64,000 bases of DNA from a bacterium (GTDB lineage Bacteria; Patescibacteriota; Minisyncoccia; Minisyncoccales; CG1-02-41-26): assembly GCA_030616605.1 (NCBI GenBank), contig JAUWWY010000004.1:1101-65100 (forward strand). The letters are read 5' to 3'. The notes beneath the pieces were generated by a model. The model saw only the letters and a list, made by a program, of their open reading frames with translations. It searched no databases and was not told the origin of the DNA. The position numbers and the translations under genes were made by a program. This document shows positions 53,207-62,371 of the stretch, in pieces (the stretch's first letter is position 1; the number at the start of each line of letters is the position of its first letter).

Positions 53207-55018
53207 ATGGAGGACTCAGTAATTGAAAAAATTAAAGAGAAATTAGATATTGTTGAGATTATTGAGAATTATTTGAAGCTTGGAAAAGCCGGAGTAAATT
53301 ATCGGGCCCTCTGTCCTTTTCATTCAGAAAAAAAACCTTCTTTTTTTGTTTCACCGGTTCGCCAGATGTTTAGATGTTTTGGCTGCTTAGAAAGCGGTGA
53401 TATTTTTTCTTTTGTAATGAAAATTGAGGGAGTTGAATTTGGTGATGCCTTGAAAATTTTAGCTCAAAAAGCCGGAGTTGACTTAAAACCATTTCGGCCA
53501 GAGATAAAAACCGAAAGACAGCGGCTTTATGAAATTTGTGAGTTAGCCTGTTGTTTTTTTGAAAAACAACTGGAAGCAAGTTCAAAAGGAAGAGAAGTTA
53601 AAAAATATCTTTTAAAAAGGGGATTAAATGAGGAATCTATTAAAAAATGGCGATTGGGTTATGCTCCTGATAAATGGCAGGTTCTTTCTGATTTTTTGGT
53701 CGGCAAAGGATACAAAAGAGAAGAAATAGTTAAGATTGGTTTGGCTATTGAAGGAGAAAAATCTCAAACCTCCTATGACAGATTTCGAGCGAGAATAATT
53801 TTTCCTGTTTTTGACCTTAATTCCCAGGTAATTGGTTTTGGAGGCAGATTGCTGGAAGGTACAGATGATATAGCAAAATATATGAACACTCCCAACACCC
53901 TGCTTTATGACAAAAGCCATATTCTTTACGGTTTAAATTTTGCCAAAGTTGAGCTTAGAAGAAAAGATTTTTCTGTTTTAACCGAGGGATATACAGATGT
54001 AATTTTAGCTCACCAGGCAGGCTTTGAAAACACGATTGCCTCAAGTGGAACATCTCTTACTCCTTGGCAAATAAAGATTTTGAAACGATATACTTCAAAT
54101 CTCTATACTGCTTTTGATATGGACCTTGCCGGAGATTTAGCCACCAAGAAAGGAATTGACTTAGCTCAGCGAGAGGATTTTGAGATTAAAGTAATCAATA
54201 TGCCCAAAGGTAGTGACCCGGCTGATATTATTTCTCAAAACCCAAAAAAGTGGCAAGAATTAATTTCCAAAGCCCAGGATATTTTCACTTTTTATTTTGA
54301 AAGCGCTTTTTCAAAATTTGATAAAGAAAGTCCGGAGGGAAAGCGGGAAATTTCAAAAGTTCTTTTGCCCCGGATTAAAGTAATTCCTAATAAAATTTTG
54401 CAGGCTCATTGGATTCAGAAACTGGCAAGCTCTATTAAGGTTGGCGAGGAAGTAGTTTTTGAAGAATTAAAAAAGATTGTAAAAAAAGAAAAATTCGCCC
54501 CTGCTCCAGCTTCTGTTCCCATTTCTGCCGAGGCTACAGCGGACAAGTCAACGGAAGAGAAAACCAGAAAGCAAATTTTAGAAGAAAGAATTCTTTCTTT
54601 GATTATAAAAACGCCTCAAAATTTGGAACTTATTGAAGAAAATCTTCTTTTTCTTTTTTCTCCCCAAATGAAAATAATTTTTTCTGTTCTTAAGAAAGAG
54701 AAAATAAAGGGGAAAGAAAAGACAGAAAAAATTGTTCAAAAACTTGAAAAGAGCGGAGAAAATATAAAAGAAATTTTAGATAACTTTACTTTAAAGGCAG
54801 AGATTGAAGAATTTGGAGAAGAAAAAGATTTAAAAACAGAAATTCAGCTCTGTCTTAAAGAATTGAAAAAATTTGATTTAAAAACCGAACTGACAAACCT
54901 TTCAATGGAAATTCAAGAAGCAGAAAGAGAGAACAACCAGAAAAAAATTAAAAATTTAATTGACAAATTTAATCAAACAACAAAGCAATTAAACAACTAT
55001 GGCAAAGAAAAAACCTAA
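53207..55018 (+). CDS. dnaG: DNA primase
   Basis: Zinc finger '[15 protein letters not shown]....[11 protein letters not shown]' and TOPRIM 'LTEGYTDVI'. ATG at 53207 ([10 protein letters not shown]) is preferred over the ORF-track start at 53159. Confidence 0.9.
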   Translation: MEDSVIEKIKEKLDIVEIIENYLKLGKAGVNYRALCPFHSEKKPSFFVSPVRQMFRCFGCLESGDIFSFVMKIEGVEFGDALKILAQKAGVDLKPFRPEIKTERQRLYEICELACCFFEKQLEASSKGREVKKYLLKRGLNEESIKKWRLGYAPDKWQVLSDFLVGKGYKREEIVKIGLAIEGEKSQTSYDRFRARIIFPVFDLNSQVIGFGGRLLEGTDDIAKYMNTPNTLLYDKSHILYGLNFAKVELRRKDFSVLTEGYTDVILAHQAGFENTIASSGTSLTPWQIKILKRYTSNLYTAFDMDLAGDLATKKGIDLAQREDFEIKVINMPKGSDPADIISQNPKKWQELISKAQDIFTFYFESAFSKFDKESPEGKREISKVLLPRIKVIPNKILQAHWIQKLASSIKVGEEVVFEELKKIVKKEKFAPAPASVPISAEATADKSTEEKTRKQILEERILSLIIKTPQNLELIEENLLFLFSPQMKIIFSVLKKEKIKGKEKTEKIVQKLEKSGENIKEILDNFTLKAEIEEFGEEKDLKTEIQLCLKELKKFDLKTELTNLSMEIQEAERENNQKKIKNLIDKFNQTTKQLNNYGKEKT

Positions 55019-56207
55019 AAAAAAGACAGTTCAAAAAAAAGTAGCCAAAAAGAAAACAACTGTTAAAAAGAAAATAGCTATCCAAAAGCCAACAAAGAAA
55101 AAGCCAGTAAAGAAAACAGTCAGGAAGCCCAGAAAAAGAGGAAAAAAAGAAGAAATTTTTGAAGAAGATAAAATCAAAGAACTCATTAAAAGAGGAGAGA
55201 GTCGGGGTTTTGTTACTGGTAGAGAAATTTTACATTACTTTCCCAATATTGAAAAAGACCTGACTGGTCTTGAAGAACTTTATGATATTTTAGAAGAAGC
55301 CGGCATTAAAGTGAAGTTTAGAGGAGGGCTTTTGGAAATAGAACCTATAAAAAAATCTGAGAAAGCAGATATTTTTCCCAAAATTGATTCTGTTCAGACA
55401 TATTTAAAAGAGATTGGTAGAATCTCGATGATTAAAGCTTGGAAAGAAAAAGAATTAGCCAAGCGGATTGAAAAAGGAGATAGCGAAGCTAAAAGAGATT
55501 TAGCCCAGGCAAACTTAAGGTTAGTTGTTTCTATTGCTAAAAGATATGCTGGCCGTTCGCCAAACTTGACTTTGCTTGATTTAATTCAGGAAGGCAATTT
55601 GGGACTTTTGAAAGCAGTTAAAAAGTTTGACTGGAGAAAAGGTTATAAATTTTCAACTTATGCTACCTGGTGGATAAGACAATCCATTGCCCGGGCTTTA
55701 GCTGATCAATCTCGAACGGTTCGAATTCCCGTCCATATGGTAGAGACAATCAGCAAGTACGAGAAAGCCCGAAGAAGACTTTTACAGGATTTGGGAAGAG
55801 AACCCTTGGCTGAAGAGATTGCTGCTGAAATGGAATTGGAAGTTGAGAAGGTTCATCAAATTAGAAGAATAAAACAAAAAGCAGTATCTCTGGAAACTCC
55901 AATTGGTAAAGATGAAAAAGATAGTATTTTAGCTGAATTTATTGAAGATGAGAAAACCCCACCTCCTTCTTTAGGAGTGACCAGAAAAATTTTGAAAAAA
56001 AGATTAAAAGAAATTTCTGAGGGGCTTACTGATAGAGAAAGGAAAATTCTTATAATGAGATTTGGTTTGAAAGATGGCATCACCCATACCCTGGAAGAAG
56101 TTGGAAAGGAGTTTGGGGTAACCCGGGAAAGAATTCGCCAGGTTCAAGCTAAAGCCCTGGAAAAAATCCGAAAACTTCAAGCCCTAGAGAGACTCAGGGA
56201 TTATTAA
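54999..56207 (+). CDS. rpoD: RNA polymerase sigma factor RpoD with Lys-rich N-terminal tail
   Basis: Region 2 '[36 protein letters not shown]' and region 4 '[19 protein letters not shown]'. Classic dnaG-rpoD order. Confidence 0.95.
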   Translation: MAKKKPKKKTVQKKVAKKKTTVKKKIAIQKPTKKKPVKKTVRKPRKRGKKEEIFEEDKIKELIKRGESRGFVTGREILHYFPNIEKDLTGLEELYDILEEAGIKVKFRGGLLEIEPIKKSEKADIFPKIDSVQTYLKEIGRISMIKAWKEKELAKRIEKGDSEAKRDLAQANLRLVVSIAKRYAGRSPNLTLLDLIQEGNLGLLKAVKKFDWRKGYKFSTYATWWIRQSIARALADQSRTVRIPVHMVETISKYEKARRRLLQDLGREPLAEEIAAEMELEVEKVHQIRRIKQKAVSLETPIGKDEKDSILAEFIEDEKTPPPSLGVTRKILKKRLKEISEGLTDRERKILIMRFGLKDGITHTLEEVGKEFGVTRERIRQVQAKALEKIRKLQALERLRDY

Positions 56208-56257
56208 ATAGTTGAAAAAATTTAAAAATCAGGTATTATATAGCATATACAATCCAT

Positions 56258-56329
56258 TCCGGTGTGGCGCAATGGTAGCGCGGAGGCCTGTTAAGCCTTA
56301 GGTTGTAGGTTCGAGTCCTACCACCGGAG
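56258..56329 (+). tRNA. tRNA-Asn (anticodon GTT)
   Basis: Acceptor TCCGGTG/CACCGGA, anticodon arm GAGGC-CTGTTAA-GCCTT, T arm GTAGG-TTCGAGT-CCTAC. Confidence 0.85.
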
Positions 56330-57802
56330 CAGTGTAGAACACTTGTTTACTTGAAGCACCGTGTCAAACGGTGTTTTTAGTTCAAACAAGAGCTTTTTGC
56401 CCTGTAATTTGAGGTTCTGAAGTAGAAAATTCAGTAATTGCCTTTTTTCTGATATTTCAGAACTCTGAAAGATTTCATAAGCCTTTTGAGCCAGTTTTAG
56501 CACTGTATTTGCCGTTAAATAGAACTTTTCATCGGCTTGAGTGTATCTTTCTATTTTTTCATTTATTTCTTCTTGTTTTTCTTTGTATTCTTTTAGCTTT
56601 TTATTGAACATACTCGTAGTAATACAACCATCGGTTGCCATATCAAAAGCTTTGTCTATCCTCTTTTGGGTTTTATCGTATTCCTGCCTCAACACTCTTA
56701 AAGATTGCTCGTGGAAGCGATTTTTTGCCTCATGGGTGCGTTTTAAATCCTCTGTTATCATTTGTATCTTATTATCTGGCAATTTGATATTTTTCAAAAC
56801 ATCATAAATTGGCTTCATTAAATCTTCTTCTCTGATATAAGTTCTCTTTTTGTGATAGCCCCTGTAATTGGTGCAACTGTAATAAATATGCCCTCTTGCG
56901 GTCTCTGGCGTAATTGTGCAACCACAATCAGCACATTTTATCATTCCTCGTAATACAAACGGCTTAGAGGCGTATTTGAAGGGCTTTTTGTGGTATCCAA
57001 GCATAACTTCTTGGCATTTATCAAATAATGCTTTTGGGATAAGTGGTTGGTATTTATGAGGATATAATTCGCCTTTAATTCTCATCATTCCGTAATAAAA
57101 TGGATTTTTTAAGATGTTGTATATCATACTTTTAGTTAATGCTTTGTCGGGATTAGCAGTGCCTTTTAATCCTAATTTTTCCATTCCGTCTTTGATAAAC
57201 AAAAGCGAGCAGTTGCTTGTAGCATACATTTCAAATATTTTTACTATAAAATGAGCCCGTGCTGGGTCTGGAGTTATATCCTTATTTTCATTATCATCTT
57301 TTATGTTTGTATATCCTATGGGAGCTTTGCCAATCCATTCGCCTTTTTTGATTTTGTTTTCGTAAGCTCTTTTAACATTGTCGCTGATTGCGTCAGAGTA
57401 ATACTTTGCCAATCCTAAATTTATACCAAAGTGGAATTTTTCTGTTGCTGATATATCGGGCGTAATAATAAGATTGTCTGAAGCAAAATGAAGTTCTATT
57501 TTATCTTTCATTGCTAATTCATATAAAGAGGATACCCGTTTGTCAAAAACATTGCGAGAAAATCTATCTACCTTATCAAAACATACAACGATTTTTTCTT
57601 TAGCAGATTTTATGTATTCTAACGCCCTGTCAAAATCGTCTCTCTTTGTTTTATAAGCACTTTCATCAAAGCTGAAAACCTTAGCAATTTCAAAGCCCTT
57701 GCGTTTGCAGTAGCTTTTAAGCCGTTCAATTTGAGCTGGCAATGAATTGCCCGCTTCTTTTTGTTCTTCAGTTGAAACTCTTGCGAGTATTATTGCTTTC
57801 AT
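56318..57802 (-). CDS. large serine recombinase (integrase)
   Basis: Resolvase catalytic domain 'AIILARVSTEEQ', recombinase domain, zinc ribbon 'CADCGCTITPETARGHIYYSCTNY', C-terminal coiled coil. Confidence 0.9.
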   Translation of the reverse strand: MKAIILARVSTEEQKEAGNSLPAQIERLKSYCKRKGFEIAKVFSFDESAYKTKRDDFDRALEYIKSAKEKIVVCFDKVDRFSRNVFDKRVSSLYELAMKDKIELHFASDNLIITPDISATEKFHFGINLGLAKYYSDAISDNVKRAYENKIKKGEWIGKAPIGYTNIKDDNENKDITPDPARAHFIVKIFEMYATSNCSLLFIKDGMEKLGLKGTANPDKALTKSMIYNILKNPFYYGMMRIKGELYPHKYQPLIPKALFDKCQEVMLGYHKKPFKYASKPFVLRGMIKCADCGCTITPETARGHIYYSCTNYRGYHKKRTYIREEDLMKPIYDVLKNIKLPDNKIQMITEDLKRTHEAKNRFHEQSLRVLRQEYDKTQKRIDKAFDMATDGCITTSMFNKKLKEYKEKQEEINEKIERYTQADEKFYLTANTVLKLAQKAYEIFQSSEISEKRQLLNFLLQNLKLQGKKLLFELKTPFDTVLQVNKCSTLLRW

Positions 57803-57803
57803 T

Positions 57804-57989
57804 TTATTTTGTTTTTACTTTATTTAAAAACTTATTAAATTCTTCTTTATCAATTCTAAACTCTTTGCCTATTTTGTAGGCTTTTATTTTACCCGCTTTA
57901 ATGTAGCGGTATATGGTCATTTTGGAAACCCTTAATTTTTCAGCCAATTCTATAACAAGATAAAATTCTTTTTCTTTTTTCCTGCTCAT
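57804..57989 (-). CDS. excisionase-family helix-turn-helix DNA-binding protein
   Basis: 61 aa. 'LVIELAEKLRVSKMTIYRYIKAGKIKAYKIGKEFRIDKEEFNKFL'. Confidence 0.75.
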   Translation of the reverse strand: MSRKKEKEFYLVIELAEKLRVSKMTIYRYIKAGKIKAYKIGKEFRIDKEEFNKFLNKVKTK

Positions 57990-58001
57990 ATTTTTTAAAA
58001 T

Positions 58002-58433
58002 TTATTTTAATAATTTAAAACCATCTTTATTTTTGTATTTTTTAAATTTTTCTGTTTTAGTTCCCTTTTTGGTTTTAGGCAACGATAAAGAAATTGTTCC
58101 AATATTTTTTCCACTTTTCATTTTATTTCCCAATTTTTTAATATCTTTTGATGGAATTATCCAAAAATTATTATCCTTTTCTGTATAAAATATAAAATAG
58201 AAATTACCCCTTGGTTTGAAATATAATTGAGGAAAGAAATTCCAGTTTTTAGCCCCTTTTGAGCGGGCTTTAATCTGTATATCCAAATATCTTTTATTAT
58301 TTATTCTTATTACACAATCAATTCCTTGGTCATCAACTAAAGTCATATAAACATCAAACCTGCGTTTAAGTAATTCGGCAATAACAGAATATTCTTGTCT
58401 TTTTCCAAATGAAGCGGTATCTCTATATTTCAT
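58002..58433 (-). CDS. small PD-(D/E)xK (Mrr-like D...QxK) nuclease-fold protein
   Basis: 'EYSVIAELLKRRFDVY....DDQGIDCVIR....YLDIQIKA' resembles the Mrr-cat core. Motif-level assignment only. Confidence 0.4.
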   Translation of the reverse strand: MKYRDTASFGKRQEYSVIAELLKRRFDVYMTLVDDQGIDCVIRINNKRYLDIQIKARSKGAKNWNFFPQLYFKPRGNFYFIFYTEKDNNFWIIPSKDIKKLGNKMKSGKNIGTISLSLPKTKKGTKTEKFKKYKNKDGFKLLK

Positions 58434-58460
58434 AATAATTATTTGTTTAACTTTTATTTA

Positions 58461-58685
58461 TTATACTTTACAATAGTTTACAAGGCAAGTGAATAACTTT
58501 TTATCTTTTATCATTTTTAATATTTCTTCTATCTGCCTACTAATGCGTTGGGATAGTGTTTCCCCATATAATTTCATTAAGATTTCATCTATTTCTTTTA
58601 ATACATCTCTTTTTGGTTCAGTTAATTTTGGCTTAGTTGGTTTAGTTATATTTTTCATTAAGTTTTGTAATTTTATATGGCTCAA
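58461..58685 (-). CDS. hypothetical small protein
   Basis: ORF only. Overlaps the end of the upstream gene. Confidence 0.3.
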   Translation of the reverse strand: MSHIKLQNLMKNITKPTKPKLTEPKRDVLKEIDEILMKLYGETLSQRISRQIEEILKMIKDKKLFTCLVNYCKV

Positions 58686-59757
58686 ACGAATCTAACGACC
58701 TTTGAATATCTTTTATAAACCCGTGTGCTGGTTGAGTAAAAATTTCGTCCTCAAATTTTCTTAAATAATTCCTTAATGGTGTCCAGTTTTTTGAATTAGT
58801 GATAGTCCTAAGTCCTCTTATTCCTTCGTCATCTTTGCATAAGGTCATTAAGCCCGCTAAAAGCACTGCTGTTTTTGGTTTCGTGTTTGGGTATTTTCTA
58901 AAAATTAACTGCAATAATTTTTGTGGGTTGTTTTTTACGCAGAATAAAAATTTATCTTTTTGAAAAAATTTGCCCCAATAGAGGTTAAGCACTTTCTGGC
59001 AAATATCCTTTTTGAATATGTTTTTAAAAATGGGTTCTTCTAAAAAACCAATTTCCGCTAAGATTTCTTTCATTTTTGCCCTATGGCTTAATCTGGCTTC
59101 CATTTTTAAAACTTCAATTTTCTCTCGTTGTTTTTTAATCTGGTCAAAGATTGAAAATTGTTGTTTTGTTTGGTTTTTGTCTATTGCCCTATTTGCTGGC
59201 TTATTTAAGTCCCTAATTTTATCGTAAAAAACTAATGCGTGCCTATTGCTGTAAAATTGTAAGGATTCGCCATTGTTCCTATAATCTTTTCTTTCTAAAT
59301 CAAGTTTTAAATTCAGGTTTATTTTGCCAAGCTCTCTTATAGCAAATATGGCTGTGTATCCCTGAGTTAGCAGAATATTCTTTGAAGCGTGGAAGCTTGA
59401 AACTTTTGCTCCCTCAATATGGATTTTCCAAACTTTCACTCCCATTTCTTCTAATCTTTTTTGCAGAATTTCTACCACTTCATCAAAATCAGTTTCTACC
59501 ACTTCATCTAAATTGTTATTAAATTTCAGCTTTGGAACTGAAAACTCTGCTTTTAACTCGCCAGATTTACCTCGCTTTATAATTGTCAATTTCGGCTGGT
59601 ATATACCTCTCTCTTTGGCTTCTTTTGAGGGATTATTAACATATTTGCAAAACACTGCTTTATTTTCTTGTATTCCTATTGCTGGGGGAGTAAATTTGTG
59701 CGGGTCTGTTATCCAGCAACGGCTTATTGGTATTATTAAAATTACTGTATCAATCAT
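58642..59757 (-). CDS. putative replication-initiation protein (gene II/X or Rep_trans-like)
   Basis: 'MIDTVILIIP' start and 'ALVFYDKIRDL' (a Y-D-K motif) recall rolling-circle initiators. Weak, memory-based similarity. Confidence 0.4.
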   Translation of the reverse strand: MIDTVILIIPISRCWITDPHKFTPPAIGIQENKAVFCKYVNNPSKEAKERGIYQPKLTIIKRGKSGELKAEFSVPKLKFNNNLDEVVETDFDEVVEILQKRLEEMGVKVWKIHIEGAKVSSFHASKNILLTQGYTAIFAIRELGKINLNLKLDLERKDYRNNGESLQFYSNRHALVFYDKIRDLNKPANRAIDKNQTKQQFSIFDQIKKQREKIEVLKMEARLSHRAKMKEILAEIGFLEEPIFKNIFKKDICQKVLNLYWGKFFQKDKFLFCVKNNPQKLLQLIFRKYPNTKPKTAVLLAGLMTLCKDDEGIRGLRTITNSKNWTPLRNYLRKFEDEIFTQPAHGFIKDIQRSLDSFEPYKITKLNEKYN

Positions 59758-59782
59758 TGCATTACTTCTTTTAAATTGTCAG

Positions 59783-60055
59783 CTATTGACTTAAGATTTT
59801 TTCGGCTTTTGAAATTATTGCTACTTCAATTGCTTTGCTGGCTGTTTTGTTAATTGGGTGATAAATGTGTATATTCTTATCACCGATTTTCTTTGTGGGG
59901 TAGGTTAATCGGTATCCTGCCCCCTCTAACTTTTTATGAATGCCGATAGAACCCAGATAAAAATTATCGTCTAAAACACAACTGGCAAAAGCTACCAAAC
60001 CATTATTTGGTTTTATCGGAATTATTTGAACTTCTGTTATTTTCATAATTTTCAT
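59783..60055 (-). CDS. spoVG: SpoVG family protein
   Basis: 'MKITEVQIIPIKPNNGLVAFASCVLDDNFYLGSIGIHKKL.......YPTKK.......IYHPINKTASKAIEVAI' follows the SpoVG pattern. ATG at 60046 is a possible start. Confidence 0.75.
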   Translation of the reverse strand: MKIMKITEVQIIPIKPNNGLVAFASCVLDDNFYLGSIGIHKKLEGAGYRLTYPTKKIGDKNIHIYHPINKTASKAIEVAIISKAEKILSQ

Positions 60056-60212
60056 TAAATTGCTTTTTATAAAATTCAGGATTATTTCTTTTATCTATTT
60101 GTAGAAGTAAATTAAAAAATCCTAACAAGTTTTGCCTTACTTCAAAATCAGAGTGTTTAGTTAAATCATTGTTTGTCATTTTTCTATTTTCTTTTTGTTC
60201 CTTTTCAGACAT
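60003..60212 (-). CDS. hypothetical small protein
   Basis: ORF only. Overlaps the spoVG start. Confidence 0.3.
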   Translation of the reverse strand: MSEKEQKENRKMTNNDLTKHSDFEVRQNLLGFFNLLLQIDKRNNPEFYKKQFNENYENNRSSNNSDKTK

Positions 60213-60223
60213 ATCAGTAGAAA

Positions 60224-60253
60224 TAAAAAAACCATACTTTTTACTAAGTATGG
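60224..60253 (-). terminator. rho-independent terminator after the 617-aa gene
   Basis: On the minus strand, CCATAC ttagtaaaaa GTATGG followed by TTTTTTTT. Confidence 0.6.
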
Positions 60254-60294
60254 GTCTTTCACAGAATCGTGTTTGAATTTCGGACTAAATAGGA

Positions 60295-62148
60295 CTATTT
60301 TGGACTATTTTTTAAATGTGCTAATTCTAATTCTTTAATAAATAATGGTATTTTAATACCTGCTTTTTCTAAATCCGTTTTAGTAATCTTATCTCCTTTA
60401 TAAACTACTATGCTTTTACTTCTTTTTGGGAAGAATGCTTTTAATATTTCGCCCTTAAATCCAAGTTCGTTAAGTATCTTTATAAAACCCTTCTTTTTTA
60501 CTTCTTCTTTAAGCGACAAATTACCAGACGCCGAAGGCAATTTCTTTCTTTCTATTTTTATATTTGGTGATTGAGAGCGTATATATTCAAAGAATTCATA
60601 ATTACTCCCAAGAGCGTGCGGTTTTGATAGAAGATAATTATTTACCCAAATTTCTCTGTCTTTTACTTGTATTTCAAAAGTTTTTGGTATGGCTACCCCT
60701 TTTTTAATGTCGCTTTCCAATTTATCTAATAATTGCTCTACATCTAAAGCTTGCTTACTAATTCCTGCTACTTTTTCTTGTTTTTCTGACTTCTTAATTT
60801 TTAATTCTGGTATTTTTGTAATTTCAATTCTTGTAGCTGGCAGTTCTTGATTTTTTTCCTTCTTTGCTAAATGTTGCTCGCTATATTGCCTGATTTTTGC
60901 AAAAAATGCTGAATTGTCTTTTTTTATTTTTTCAACATTATTTTTCTCTGGTAGTGAACATTCTGTTATCTCCCCCAGAAAATCGTAAAGATTTACGAAT
61001 AAACTATCAACAGTTAATCCTTGCCTTTGTATTTCAAACTCACAGCCAATTATATTTCTGAAAGGTTTTTTATATGTATTTTTTAAATTACCACATCCAC
61101 CATTTAGTGTTTCTTCTATGTTTTTTATAATTTCAAAGTAGATACTATTTATCTCGTCATTTTGGTTGTCTTTATTAGCAAAATAAAACTTTGTTAACCT
61201 TATCAATTCATTCCAATAAAGATATAGTTTATCTATTTTTTGGGGCAAAATCATATAAACAGGAGTTTCAATTGTATTTCCATCTTTATCATAATAAATA
61301 GGAATACCACTCGGGTCTTCTACCATTTTCCAAAGAAGACCGTTCTCAATAAAGAAATTATCATATTCAAGAAAACTATTAAATTTATCAGCAGTTTCTT
61401 TAGCAAGATTTTTATCCCCGCCATACATTAAAGGATGGCACGCCCCTTCAATAATTTTAAATAGTATTTTTCTGTCTTCTTTATTTTGCAACGAAGCAAG
61501 TGTTAATAAAACAGAATAAACCATTCGCCATTTTGTGTTTGGATATTCAATAAGTTCTCGTTTAACCCCACAATTAGTAAGAAATTCTACCAGATTTGAA
61601 CCGCTATCCAAATCACCAATTTCTTTGGCAATGAGCTCCAGAGTCTTTGGTTTTATAATTGTCTGTAAGTTTTTAGTTTCTGGGACAGCTTTTTTATTCT
61701 CCGAGTAGCTACTGCCACTTTCATATAACCGATAAAGTTCATCAAATTTCGGTTGTAGAATTTTTAAATAGAAAATTTCCCAAAAAGAAATGTCGCCGAA
61801 TGTTTCATCTCTTTCTATTTCTCGGATTTCTATTGCTCCCCATTCATCTAACTTTTTTATAATTGCTTCTTCGCTGTCAGGAGAGATGGGCAAATTGGAA
61901 CTTCCATAATATCCAATAGAATATTCAATAAGTTTCTTTTTTGTTGTATACAGTTGCTTTTCTTTAATCTGTCTTAAAACAACCCTAACATCTTTTCTAA
62001 ATTTTTCTTCTGGTGTTAAATTCATTACATTTTTCATTACTTTTTTTAAGATTTTATTACAATTTTTATTCTTATTTTCTCTATTTTGCCACATTTTAGC
62101 CACTTTTTCAAGCATTATCCAAAATGTCAGGTATAATTCTGCTTTCAA
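60295..62148 (-). CDS. 617-aa orphan protein of unknown function
   Basis: Long uninterrupted ORF in host-like composition. I see no Walker A, HxH, DEAD or other recognisable motif. The start may be one of several downstream ATGs. Confidence 0.6.
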   Translation of the reverse strand: MKAELYLTFWIMLEKVAKMWQNRENKNKNCNKILKKVMKNVMNLTPEEKFRKDVRVVLRQIKEKQLYTTKKKLIEYSIGYYGSSNLPISPDSEEAIIKKLDEWGAIEIREIERDETFGDISFWEIFYLKILQPKFDELYRLYESGSSYSENKKAVPETKNLQTIIKPKTLELIAKEIGDLDSGSNLVEFLTNCGVKRELIEYPNTKWRMVYSVLLTLASLQNKEDRKILFKIIEGACHPLMYGGDKNLAKETADKFNSFLEYDNFFIENGLLWKMVEDPSGIPIYYDKDGNTIETPVYMILPQKIDKLYLYWNELIRLTKFYFANKDNQNDEINSIYFEIIKNIEETLNGGCGNLKNTYKKPFRNIIGCEFEIQRQGLTVDSLFVNLYDFLGEITECSLPEKNNVEKIKKDNSAFFAKIRQYSEQHLAKKEKNQELPATRIEITKIPELKIKKSEKQEKVAGISKQALDVEQLLDKLESDIKKGVAIPKTFEIQVKDREIWVNNYLLSKPHALGSNYEFFEYIRSQSPNIKIERKKLPSASGNLSLKEEVKKKGFIKILNELGFKGEILKAFFPKRSKSIVVYKGDKITKTDLEKAGIKIPLFIKELELAHLKNSPK

Positions 62149-62231
62149 TTTTTATAAACTTATGTTATTCTTGAATTGTAAAAATTAAATATCAAATTGC
62201 CTAAGTCCTAATAGGATATGGTATAAAAAAT

Positions 62232-62370
62232 CCCATCCCTGATACTAAGCTCCTCGTCAGAGCACTCAGGGATGGGTCTTAGCCGAAAGGCTATGGGTGG
62301 TGAAAGCCATCGCTGGCGGGGAGCTTTGTGTTCCAAGCCAGCAAGTATAGAAATTAAAACCCATCCCTGA
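62232..62370 (+). ncRNA. G+C-rich structured leader / candidate cis-regulatory RNA upstream of the methyltransferase
   Basis: CCCATCCCTGA at 62232-62242, its exact reverse complement TCAGGGATGGG at 62266-62276, and a third direct copy at 62360-62370 ending 1 nt before the ATG. GAAA-tetraloop hairpin TAGCC-GAAA-GGCTA (62280-62293). GCTGGC...GCCAGC hairpin (62312-62342). Extended -10 TGGTATAAA at about 62218-62226. Confidence 0.45.
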
Positions 62371-62371
62371 T

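Noticed and set aside
62232-62370. Assignment of the structured leader to a known riboswitch or ncRNA class (for example a SAM/SAH-type element upstream of a methyltransferase)
   Set aside because: I cannot match it from memory to any consensus. Without an Rfam/covariance search, naming a class would be invention. It is kept only as an unclassified structured element.
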